Notes under the pieces: model-generated | Databases searched by the model: none | Told to the model about the DNA's origin: nothing | What the model saw: only the letters and a program-made list of their open reading frames with translations | Assembly: GCF_025612915.1 (NCBI RefSeq) | Contig: NC_069116.1 | Location: 6,154,123 to 6,218,122 of the forward strand | DNA length: 64,000 nt | Direction of reading: 5' to 3' | Origin: Crassostrea angulata | Taxonomy: Eukaryota | Position numbers and translations under genes: made by a program | Part shown: in pieces, positions 11,777-24,130 of the stretch | Layout: each line of letters opens with the position of its first letter | Numbering within the stretch: the first letter of the stretch is position 1

Positions 11777-14700
11777 CAAGACTAGGTGATGATCTAGCTA
11801 TCTGGGAGATCTTCTTGCTCCTCTTCTTTTTCACCACAAAGCCATCCTCTGTTGAGTCCGAGTCCACTGAATCTCCTCCAGGTGTTCGGGGAAACTCCCT
11901 CACACTCTTCTTTAGTGGAACCTTCTCAGACGCTGCTGACGCCACACTCCCAATATCTGAGCCTTTTGGACTACAGGATCTCCGTTTGAAAGCCTTCCTC
12001 AAACTGCTGGTCTCAGGGTCAACATTCAAATCATGTGACATTTCCTCTTGGTCCTTCTGATTGTACATGTCTTCAACAGTTTCATCCTCATCAAAATCTG
12101 GTTTATATGGATCTGTTTTGGCATCAAGTTGTTTTGTAGGTGCTGAACTGTAGTCAAGATCCATATTTTTCTCAGCAAGGTATTTATCCAAATTAACTAA
12201 TGTTCTGGAGATCATTGGGTCTTCATCTTTATGTAGGTCTACAGAGTGTTGCAAAGTCACATACTTATCTGTGGACTGGAATCCACATCTTCCACATAAC
12301 CAGTTACAAATTTTGTGCAAATGCATCATGTGCAGCTCTACCCCTCTTAGTGTTCGCTTCTCTGAAAAGCAAATTGGACAGGACACATTTCCAGTTTCTT
12401 TCTCTAGGGGTGTAGCAGCTTTAGGAACTTTTGCATCATTCTTTGCATCCAGATTTTTGTTTGCTTCCTCATCTTCAGTGTCAGAACTCTGGTCTTCTTT
12501 TTGTTTAAACATCACTACACCACATTTTTTCAAATCCTCCTTAGACATAGCTGCCACAGATTCAATGTCTGCAAAAGTGCGCAACACATAAGGAGTTTCT
12601 TCCTTGTGAACATTCCTTGAATGCCTCAAAGCATCGGATTTATTGTAGGTCACATGACCACAACGCCCGCACTGTAACTTTTTCAGTTTGTGTCTCATTG
12701 ATAGATGTCGCTGCACACCAATATAATTGGAAGCAAATCCACACAGTGGACAGTTGGCTTTCATACTCAGAGGCCTCCGTTTTAACTTAAAATTCTTCTT
12801 AAAAGTCAGCATTCTTGAGTATTTGGATTTCTTTGTTTCTTTTAATTTCTTCTTCGGTAGAAATTCTATGAGATCATGTCCTCTCTGAAGGTCATATGCC
12901 ACACGCACAGCTTTACATATTTTAAAGCCATGTTCTGATGTGCAATGATCTGTTACTTCCCCTAGGTTTCTGTGGACATATTTGCAGTATGAACATTTAT
13001 ACATAAAAACTTTGTGCATGCGTAACAGATGCATTTGCATCCCTTTATGCGTAAGCTTCATGTCACACTGGATACACCGGACATTTTGCTGTCCTTTGAT
13101 TGGATTGACTTTCGGCCTACTTTCCTCTGAAGATTCCTTTTCCTCGTCACCAGATTCACTGTCCTCATGCTCATCGCTTTCTTTATCCATCTCTTTCTCC
13201 TCTTCACCATTCTTCTCTACATCATCTCTTTTGTCAGTTACCTCCTCCACTTCCATAGTTTTACAGAAGGATCTTTTGATGCATGGAGAGGTGCCTGGGT
13301 GATCTGCATAGCAATGTCTTAGACACTCCTGCTTTGACATAGACATGTACATACACAGGTTACATGTGTATTCACACATGTTGTGGACCCAGAAGGCATG
13401 ACGCTTGATCCCAACGGCAGAGTCTCCAGACTGGCCACAATACGGACATTTGTAGTACAGCGGAGATTCTTTTGCTTCTGGTTTTGATGGGACAGGTGGT
13501 TTAGGTGGCTTCTGAAATTCTTCCTCCTCTAATACTTCTCTTCTCCTTCGTTTATATAGATCTGGACTAGGATCAAATGTAGTCTTGAACTTGCGAACAC
13601 GGGGAAGATCCAGAATGTTACTTTCATCAACAATTTCATAATTCTGACCTTTGTTAACCTTTTTGCGACGTCTTTTAAGCTTTTTCTTATTCTGCAATAT
13701 TTTCTTTGCTTTCTGGAAGTTCTTTTTCAGATAGTTGGATGTTTTCATTGTTCCATTCTGCTTTTTTCTACCTCTTCTTCCTGGTTTCCTGTACTCTGGA
13801 CTCTTACTGCCACTTGTGTCTGGAATGATCTTCATGGAGGGTAGTGGATCTATAACATCACTCATATCATCGGAATCAGTTTTTTCTTCCTGACTTGTAC
13901 CTTTCGCTGGTACTGCTCCCACTAATGAACCACTATTTTGCATTGAGACATGGTCATTACTTTTGGCCACTAGAACTCCTTCACCACTATTTGAGGCCTT
14001 TTCATTCTTGGATACAACTTTTGTTGAATCTTCTACATTATTCAGCTGAGATAAATGTTCAGTTTGCTTCCGTGAATTGCTCTCCATCTCTCCAAGAATG
14101 TCACGAATCTTTTTCTTTCCTGAATAAGTTTTCTTCACAATACCCAACTGCACGTCTGAAGGTGATTCATCAATGCTTTCACCGGAAGTTCTGGATTCCA
14201 ATGCCGAGTTACCTATGTCCGACTTCTTAGATGTGAATCTGAATCTCCTTTGGTCACCGAAGAGTTCCTTTGAAGATTTATCATTTTCTTCATCAGAGAC
14301 CCATCTATAATGTTTACATGCATTCACATTTCTTTCCAATTGTCTTTCAGCTTCAATATCTTTTTTGTAAACAAACTTTTGACCCACACAAGCTTGATGA
14401 TTTTTTAAATGACTTGAAAATCCATATTTGTTGCAGGAAGAAAAGCCACAACTTGTACAAGCATATGGTTTGTAGCTTAAATGAAGCATGTAATGCCTTC
14501 GGAAATTTTGAGCAGATTTTGTAACAAATGTACACTTGTCACATTGGAAATAAAACATCTTCACTTTGTTCACTAGAGAAATGTCAATACTGTCATTATC
14601 AACGTATGTAGAGGCGTCTGCTTTCTGTTGGACAGGTGCAGCATCTGGTTTTGACTGCTGGAGTGGTGGAATGCTTGTCTTAGATGGTTGGTTTGATGTA

Positions 14701-16715
14701 ACGGTAGGTGAACCAGCTTGTCTGACTTGTGCTTGAGTGGCAAGTATGACGTGTGGTGCTATAGTGGACGTTGATACTAGCCTTGGTGCGGCTATTGGGC
14801 TGTTAACTAGCTGTTGCATAGTGATGGTGCCAGTTTGCATCAATGATGACGTAGATATAACTGGAACTAGAGAGATGCTTGAAGTGTGGTTTGGTGAGAC
14901 TTGGTGAGTGACAGCTGTTGAACAAGGTGATGATGGGAATGTTCTCTGCATAGTTTGTATAGTGGTGGGGGTCGGAGTAGATGAGGGAAGAACTGGTATG
15001 TTTGGTGCCACTACTCTTGGTGGTAGACCTCCTGACACCTGTGGATGGATCATCGTTCTGACGTTGGAACTTGGCACAAAAGGAACAATGCCCACTGGTA
15101 ACCCTGTGATCAGATGATGACCACTCGATGGAACCTGACTTCTATGAATAACATTAATAGGGTGGTTTGGAGTAGGGAATCTGTTCTGAGCTACACCAGG
15201 AGGATACGCAGTGGCCACAGCAGGAGATATCAACACTTGAGTGAGAGGGGCACTGGAGCTTGACACAGTAGGCTGAAGGTTGAATTGCTGAAATTGCTGA
15301 ATAGCCACAGTATTGAGGTCAACAGAACCTCTAGGAAACTGTCCCACTGCTGGAATACTAGCAGGATTAACTGCAACACCCAGCGCAGGAATCATCAGAG
15401 GAGGCGGAGGACTACACACAACAGTAGTGGTCTTGGTCAGGTTGAACTGAGAAAAGTCCTTTTCTTCCAGGGAATTGTCAGCTTCTTCTTCTGGTACAGT
15501 GTCGGTGCTTGCTTTCTCTGTCAGCTCCTTTCCACATTCCTTTGGCATGATCTCTGTAAAACATACATTATCTGAACTCTTTCCTTTTTCTTCATTTGAG
15601 TTTTGAACTTTGTTCGGCTTATCAATTTTTTCAGCACGATCATTTTTTACATTATCTTCCTCTTCAACTGCAGTCTTCTTTGCATTTGTACTTTGATTCA
15701 GGATATTTTTTTCTAAACACTCTTGTTCTGACGTGGTTCCTTTTTCTATTTCACTTTCCACTTCACTTGTTGTCTTCTCCTCTGAATCATGTGTTTTTTC
15801 TTTAGCAGTAATTCCCAACATTTCCTCTACAGCTGGTTTTCTGGAGTCTTTTACCATTAAATCACTCGGCTCTGCTCTCTTTCCTTCACCTGCATCACTA
15901 TCTTTTTCTACAACTGGTTCTCCACATTTAACTGAAAACACTGAATTTTCTTCCTCACTTTTATCTTTTGATGTATGAATATTCTCTCCACCCACAGTCC
16001 TTTGTTTAATCACTGTAGTGGTCTTTAATCCCTCACCCTTTTCAACTGTGTTTATATTTTTGCTCACTTCTGTCGCTGCCATGTTATCTGCCTGTTCTTT
16101 TTCACAGTCCACTGCTTTGTTAACTGTTTCCCCTCCCTCATCTTTGAGCACTGTTTCTGGGGCAGCCTCCACTTTACAGTCCTCCCTGACAAGACCAACA
16201 CTTTCTTCTTCCTTCTTCTCACCATCTGTTACCATAGAAACCTGTAGATTTTCACCCTCTTTGACTGCTGTGACACTTTCTCCTTTGTCCTTTGCAAGTT
16301 CTGTAACCATACCAGTCTGTATTTCTTTACTAGTTTGGACTGCATTGGCATTTTTGCCTACCTTTTTTCCTGGCTCACTGGGTCCTTCCCTTTCTGTATC
16401 ACTGGAATCTGACAACCCTTCTTCACTACCGGACTCTGAGTTTTCAGACATTGTGTCTTGGAGCTTGTCTTTGTGCTCTTTTACAGGGCTGTTGGCTCTC
16501 TGAATGAGTTTGGATTTTAAATTTCTTCGAATTGCCTGCGAGAAGTCAATGCTGGGTTCGTCCATTTGTTCAATGATGTCATTGTTTTCATTTCTCACCA
16601 CCACTGCAGGAATATTGAGTTTTGTTTGCTTATCAGACACAGAGTTTGATGTGGAATGAGGATCTGTTCCACCATTCTTCTGATTTTCAGCTTTATTTTC
16701 CCCTGTGGTTTCCAT
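11777..16715 (-). CDS. Large C2H2 zinc-finger protein, coding exon 1 (1646 codons, ATG at 16713-16715). 5'UTR continues to about 16776, where a ttttacag acceptor indicates a 5'UTR intron.
   Basis: Track ORF 11667..16715. About 10 widely spaced, mostly paired C2H2 fingers (FQCDKC..H..H, YACTSCGF..H, YKCPYCGQ..H, YTCNLC..H, VRCIQC..H, YKCSYCKY..H, NCPLCGF..H, LQCGRCGH..H, VSCPICF..H, WLCGRCGF..H). Long acidic/Ser-rich and Pro-rich low-complexity stretches. Donor cttgGTGAGT at 11776, phase 1. The last 35 codons of the track ORF are intron read-through. Confidence 0.85.
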
Positions 16716-17229
16716 TCTTGTCTTCAGCTAGATGCCCTCTCAGCTGGTGTAGTTCACATGGTATTTATCTCCTCCTCTGTAAAATATATCAGATATTCAA
16801 TTACAACAAATATCTAAAGGCAGTTGACTGTTATAAGTCCAAATTGTGGTTTTTTGGGTGTTTTTTTTGTTCAGAGAAGTGCAAGCAAGTATACTAATAT
16901 TCCAAAATAAATTAAGCACTAAGCTTGAGATCTCTTTCTGAGTGGATGAAATTAAATATACATGTAAATGTTAATCAATTATAAAATGTATATCAATAAA
17001 TTTGAGTTTTTGCTATACTATTAAATATATCAATTTACAGCAAGAAAAAGAGGGGTGTTGAAAAATGTCTTTTCATATGAGACCATTTTGACAATTAGAC
17101 ATGATTTTAGGAATTTTAAAGTTTATCACTTACAATACTTCATAGTTTCTGTGAACAAAATAAGTTTGCTCTGTTTCAATGAGTGAATATTCACCTAGAT
17201 TTTATCTACCTCTAAATAGTTATGATAAA

Positions 17230-17350
17230 AAGTACCAGTACCTAAAAATTATTAGCCCTTTTTTTAGACGGTTATGGCTATAAATAGCCACGGTCTATTG
17301 CTACGGTCCTGACCGCAAGAGTATTTCTCACGGGGACCCTAGCGGATAAG
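17230..17350 (-). promoter_or_regulatory. Candidate core promoter or non-coding first exon of the zinc-finger gene. A GC-richer, CpG-containing block with the palindromic TATA-like ggctataaatagcc.
   Basis: The only CpG-containing block in the AT-rich region upstream of the ATG exon, which itself begins with a 3' splice acceptor. Inference only. Confidence 0.2.
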
Positions 17351-18509
17351 GAACGATAACTCTTGTTAGGTATGCAGTGTTACACGCAATGTTAATTTTA
17401 TCTAGTATGTGTCGATTTCAGTATGAGAACTAATTAAATCTTATCGGATATTTCAAGCATTATAGCTATTTATTTTGTTACTACATATATCTAAATAACT
17501 TATGAAATTGTGTTTTATTTTAAATGAGCCGTTACCCTGTCTACTTACACGGTATCGATAATTTATGCACCAACTGCCACTTGTGACGTTAAACTCTGTA
17601 TCAGGACTGCATAAACTATATCACTGCGATAATTGGCTAAGAGATCTCACAATAATCGTTCTCTTTTTTATGATGTAAACAATTGTCAGAAACACACTAT
17701 TTAAACAGGTTTGCCATTTCATATTTCAGCAATTATGCTTCGATTATCAATAAATTAAGTCATTTTCAATGAATTAATTTTAGTTGAGAAAGAATATTTA
17801 TTTTGATGTAGCTTATTCCAAAGAATTCACAATAGATACTGACAATATCAATGAATATTACATAAATTACATTTTATTGAACTTTAACCGACCAATGGCA
17901 CGCTTTCTTCTACAAGTGTGCATGTTTTTTATAACTTACAAAAAAAAATTGAAATTTACGATACAAATGTGTTTAATTTTGGACTGACCTGTGATTTACC
18001 TAATTTTGTAACCCACTCAGTCTGTAGGAACATTAATTTAATTACAGGCACCTCAATATTCATCAGACAATATTTACTACTGATGTTAACGCTTTACTTG
18101 CTGCTGACTTTCTCTCAAACACGCTAATCGATCGACCTCGGATTGTAAAATTCATGTGCAAATCGAATCGCCATTCTACAATTTTACATGTATACATGTA
18201 TAAACAAACCACATTTTATGATGTTTCAAAGAAATAAGGGATTAAAGACATATGCTGTAAAACGTCTTATGGATTTCACGGCGTGTCAGCTCCTGTATCT
18301 CTAGTTTGCAGCAAACGCTAGCTTTTTTGTGAGAAAAAACAATCGGTTCAACTCGTGCAATATTCCATATACATTTATGGTACATTGTGAACGGTAATGT
18401 AAGATATAATAAATTTGTTCACTAAACAGTTTCTGACGAATTTTTTCACAATAAACTGAATAACGCAATTTGATGAGCGAAGTACAATCTGTGACTTTAA
18501 TCCATATGC

Positions 18510-18855
18510 GCCCATCCTCAGGGGTTGAAATATTCCAGGAAAACGCACTAGCCCAGGGGCTACTAGTCAGTAAAAAATTATTAGCCCAAAGCTCATATCA
18601 GCTAGCCCAACCATTTTAAGATGCAAAATAAAAATACATGCATGTATAACACAATTACAGCTATTTAATTCATTTTGAAATAAATTCTCAAAGATAACAC
18701 ATTTTATGTTTAAACTTTATTCATATCATAATACAGTTCTGAATCCCCTGATTTGCTAGCTCGATGGACTATCAGTTGGTAAAAATGAGCATGCCCGAGT
18801 TTTAAACTGACTAGCCCTGGGCGTCGGGCTACCATATATTTCAACCCCTGATCCT
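18510..18855. mobile_element. MITE-like element with terminal inverted repeats (caggggttgaaatattcc ... ggctaccatatatttcaacccctg) and internal inverted subrepeats (cactagcccaggggctactagtcag / ctgactagccctgggcgtcgggctacc).
   Basis: Inverted termini seen in sequence. Non-coding. Confidence 0.6.
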
Positions 18856-18999
18856 GCTATTAGAGAACCTTTTCTTTGGTTTCAGGGGGGATTTTTTCAC
18901 TATCAGATAACATTATTTACACATGTACGTAAATATCCCCCCTTTTTGTTCTCAAATAATTTTTAACTCGCGAGTACAACTCTATTATGAGCTTTCTTC

Positions 19000-19270
19000 G
19001 ACATTTGTTTCCATTTACAAATAGGCGGGCCTATATAAATGCGTCAGTTTGTTGCGACTCGCAATCGAAATACACACCAGTTAGAAAGTGTCATCACTCA
19101 ACGAAATGCTACATCGGCCGTAGCGTATACATCCATGCTATATTTGCGATAAATAATGAAACATGACGGCAAAAATGTGCTTCATAGATGACTGTAGTAT
19201 TCTATTGAGCTACAGAACTATAGCTTTCCGGAAATATTACCGGGATTTTCGGACTCTAGCTTTAGATCTA
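19000..19270 (+). promoter_or_regulatory. Orphan CpG-enriched block with a canonical TATA box (ggcctatataaatgcg at about 19030-19042). Candidate Pol II promoter of a non-coding or unannotated transcript.
   Basis: About 15 CpG in 270 bp versus almost none in the flanks. No ORF longer than 20 codons downstream. Confidence 0.25.
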
Positions 19271-22161
19271 TCGTATAGTACATGCAAAGAATAAAATGAA
19301 ATTTATATACACAGATGTACGGTCAAAAAAACATCTGCTCAACTTGGATTTTGTTTGTTTGGTGTTTTTAAAAACTAATTTTGAATCACTAGAAAAGTTT
19401 AATGTAGCAAGTAAATTATGCGTGTTAAAGTGTACTGAGAAGCGATAAAATATACATGTGACTTTACCAAATTCATTCAAATGATTTGAATAAATCTATA
19501 GCTAAATACAATAGGACAAATGTACTTTAAAACGTTGATTAATGAAACTGTCGCGACTGAATATTGTATGATTTTTTTTCAAATTTTTATTCACTTTCGT
19601 TGTAAGCAAATGGAAATAATCCACCACTAAAGTCGAAGATAAAATATTGATTGACTCTTCTGTTTCATGATGACGTGCATTCCAAAAGCAATACCAGTTT
19701 TATCAAACAGGTTCTTGTAAACCATTCCGTACCAAACCATACCTAAATGTATTAACTGAGTATGAGGACAAAAGCAAGTGTGATGGTCCACGAGACTGCA
19801 ACTTTTTCCCCATGAAGAAATTGAGGGAAAATGCTGTCGAGGTGGAAAATAAACATACTACTGTCCATGATAATATTTTATCATACCAAAGCTTTATTTG
19901 TTCTCGTTACTTTGAGAAATCTACAATATCTTTAAAGCACAATAGTCCAATCCACACTTTTCAAAAGTTGTTCCCCTTTGCGGTGTCAACACAAAGGTCA
20001 AAAGGGAAAAAAACAAAATTCCCCTTCTTTATACAATTTGGCGGTACTGTGATGAAATTGCTTTGGATTTGATTTATTCATTCAATATGTAGTGTCAACC
20101 CACATATTTAATGAGATTCTGGGGTAATAAAAATACATAATATGTAGTACATGTATTACCGAAAACAGAGTTCTAATGTCAACTGATATAGATACAAACA
20201 TAATTATAGAAACAAACATATAGATACAAACATATAGATACAAACTTCTATACTACAAAGGCTACTGTGATGAATCTATAGGTTTTCCCCAAAAGATGGC
20301 GATAAAGAGACACAACATTTGTAAAGTGTGAATTGTGATCACAACTACGATTTCCACAGAATTATCTATGTAGGAAACTCACGACCAGTTGTGCGAGTAT
20401 GCGTTAAGTATTAGTACATGTATGAGATACTGGCTGTGGATATTTTCACAACAGTAATTACCGTACATGTAATATGCCACTTTCAAACGGCGCCACCATC
20501 TAACAGTACTTTCAATACTTTGATTAAAAATTAAAATCAACCTTGTATTTAACCTCATCATATAAACTATACATTTATATTAGATAAATTCAGATCAGCA
20601 TATACGCCTATACCATTACCAGGTTAAAACTACATAACTATTACCAGAAAAATCTTGCTATTTTGCCAATTTTTAACCCCCCCCCCCCCCCCACCCCCAA
20701 AAAAAAAAATTAAAAAGACCCCCATGTTATAAATTCTGCTTCCATTTACTTTACTGCATCCGAGTGCATCAGTTTCACAAACCCAAGAAGTGGTAGATTC
20801 AAAACAATGCCATTGCCTGTAAAGGCCATGCTAATGTTTAGTGTTGTCTTATCTTTTAGTCTTTAAAATATATACATGTAACAATTACAGGAATAGCAGG
20901 TTAATTTGTGATAATTTTACATAGAAACAATTTGTAGAGGTATAATAAATATAATTATTATATAATTGATTAATTCCTGTTTCTCTAATTGGCTCAATTC
21001 CAACTATCTAGAAAAACCCCCCCAGAACATTATATTCACCTGCACGTGACCTTGGAGGTCAATATAACATTTGATTTTCTCTACATTGGACTAAAAATAG
21101 ATCGTCCAATGAAATATCGCATTTCTCAGTTTGTTCGGCTATGGTTTTAAACTAAAATCTTCGCTTGATAACACTTAATTTGTTATATCTGTATCATTTC
21201 GTCGCAGAATCATATAATAAAATAATTATTGCTGTTTTTTCGCTCAATACGATGATGTAGCTACCCTCGAAGTACAATATTCACCTCGCCTCCGGCTCGG
21301 TGAGTATTGTACTTCTTGGATAGCTAAATCATCGTATTGACCTCAAAAACTGCAATAACCTTGTATAATATTGCATTCTGGCTCACACATCCCAGTAATT
21401 TTTCCTGATTTTTTAAAAAAGGGGCCTTTGGTTTTTTGAAAAGAGAAAATCTGGAAAATCTAGAAATTGCTGTATACAAATAAACTCCACAGTAACTTAC
21501 ACCAAAATTGATTTGTTGTATTTCCATATTTTGCATATTGTATTTTTTTGATTTTTTAGTTCTCTTCTATTTTACTTTATAAAATCATAAAAAAAATTCC
21601 ATTTTGTTTTAGAAGGGGGTTGAACAAAAAATTTGCAAGCAAAATTTCCATCTAGATATTGGCTGTAGAAAAAACTCTCTATGTTATACAATGTACAATT
21701 ATGGCTGATTTTGGGGTCAACAACCTGATATATACAATATTCACAGATCCCAGAGGACAATGTGAATATTGTACACAGAGGGTAACAGCAATAAGTGTTT
21801 CATAATAATTACGATTCAAGACAAATTGAGTTTTATCAAGCAATGATACCTCTTAACTTAGTCTGAAGTCATAGTCAAACACATTGAAAAATGCAAGATT
21901 TCAGAGGCATCAGGTTATCAAGCAAGGATATCCTCTTTATTTAGTCTGAAGTCATAGTCAAACAAATTGAAATGCAATACATGTATTTCATAGGCAACAA
22001 GAATGATAATAGCAAATCAAAGCATCTAAAAACTTCCAATCTATTTTAAGATCAATGTAGAAAATTCCAATGATAAATATTCACCATATAGGTCACATCG
22101 GTAAAAATCATGTTTCATTTTTTCTATAACATGTTGGACATGTTGGATATTAGTTACAACC

Positions 22162-22425
22162 ATTTTAACAAGAGCTTGGACTTTGGGTAGTTGTGTAAAC
22201 ATCATTTTGACGATGCCTGTCTATTTCATTGCTGGCCACTCAGCCATGGCTGTTTGAAATCAACAAAAAATTTCTGGGTTTTAAGCTAAAACTACGCAAT
22301 AGGTGCATGTTTCGCTTGAAACCGCATCATTTTTAACTTGTTTTGACACAAGGAATAGATAGCTATGCCCTACTGAAAGTCCAAGGTTTTGTTAAAATTG
22401 TTCTAATTAGGAAATTTTTGTTGAC
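22162..22425. repeat. Dispersed repeat, copy 2 (see 2688-2960). A C15 tract follows at about 22507.
   Basis: Alignable to copy 1. Confidence 0.7.
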
Positions 22426-23789
22426 TGACAGTGGTGAAATGGTGGACATACATGGTTTCTAAAAGGGTGAAAATATACATTTATAGCACAAATCCTTTGG
22501 AAATATAAAGGTTTACCCCCCCCCCCCCCCCAAAAATTAAACTATTCTATAATTAGGTTCTCTAACTTTCTGAAGGTTCTGAATTTAGCTAGCATGTAAT
22601 ATTCATTATACATGTATTATAATACTGAAAGTTATGAATTGCATGTATCATTAAGGTAAGAGTAAGCCTATTTATTCTAGGTTATTTACATTTGCACTTT
22701 TTGTGGGCATATATTAAAGTCCAATTAATAATAATAAGCTAGATTAATTAGTAAGTATGTAAATACTTTATTACATAATAGTGATTTGAGTATAGACAGT
22801 CAAACTTTGTTATCTCGAACTATATGAGACTGTTTAAAAACTTTCAAAATATTTGAGAGAATGAGGGTAAAATACTTTAGTAAAAAATTAGTAGTTAGGA
22901 CTATAAAAATCACTTCCACATATCCACTGTATTCGAGATATCAGTGTTCGAGATATAAAAGTTCAACAGTAATTAATTACAAAATTCATTTTACAGAATG
23001 AGATATAATGCGAATACAGCCGGCCCAACGGACATTAAAACTGTTAGAAAGTGAATAAAATTTGTATGTTTTAGGAGTAAGATGGTTTCATAGGCGTCGG
23101 AACCGGGGGAAGGCTTAGTCTCCCACTTTTTTTTGCAAAGTTATACATAACTATAGACCTTCTTTTATTTTGATTGTCAAGATTTTTGGATAAGTCTAGC
23201 CCCCCCCTTTCAATTTGCTTACGACGCCACTGAGTTCTGTCAAATGTTTAATACAATTGAAAGATTTTTGTACATAATTTAATTACTATGGCAGTAGGTA
23301 TTTACTGGAGTCCACACTTGAGCAGTGAAAAGTTTAATGTATATATACCTGACATACATTTGCACAGAGCTCAAATTCATATAGAAAAATTGCTATACTT
23401 ACTTCCTCACTAACTGAAAATGGGACTTCCCCAGGCCTCTCACACTCATTTTTGGTACTGGGGCCGGGGCCAATTGATTGGGAAAAATGCGACGTTTTGA
23501 TAGAAATTTGGAATTTTTTTCCTTGCTTAATGTACAGTCCCCAGAACAAAAACTAGGGTATATTGATAGGATTTTTTAAAGGTTTATTTTTTAAAATTAT
23601 TTTTAACACTGGGAACATGTGTGTATAATAATGAGAAAGAAAAAAAAAGTTAATTCACAGTGTGTGATACAAATTTGTGACGAAAATGTAAAATTTCCCA
23701 AAAGGTTTTTGTGTAATTACTAGCTATATGTTAAATGGCAAAGAAAATAATGAAACAGTTTTTTTTTTAGAATTTTTAAAAAAGTTATC

Positions 23790-24130
23790 TTATTTGTATT
23801 AATGTAAAATTTAATCTATATTTATATTTATACCTTTTATAGATAAATTTTTCTTGATTGTGTTAGCCTAATGACAATATTTATAAAATCAGTCTCTGTA
23901 CTTCTGTGTGTTTTGGATATTAGTCCAACCCCTCGACCCACTTGCTACTGTTTTGTAGAGGATCTGTTCAGACAAACATTTTTATAATAATTTTAACATT
24001 TATTGCAGAATTATAAACTACTAACAGCTTATCAACAAACTGTAATATCAGGATTAAAAGTAATAAACATCGTTTTTAAAATTACACCGTCTCTGAGGAA
24101 ATTCTGGCTAAGTTACTGATCACAAGAAAC
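23790..24130. repeat. Dispersed repeat of about 350-500 bp, copy 1. Copy 2 is at 51700-52215.
   Basis: Shared blocks ...gtccaacccctcgacccacttgc...ctctgaggaaattctggctaagttactgatcacaa... in both places. Confidence 0.7.

Noticed and set aside
11815-16503. Several plus-strand ORFs (81-161 aa), Ser/Leu/Pro-rich, antisense to the zinc-finger exon.
   Set aside because: Antisense frames of a low-complexity coding exon. No homology, no splice signals.
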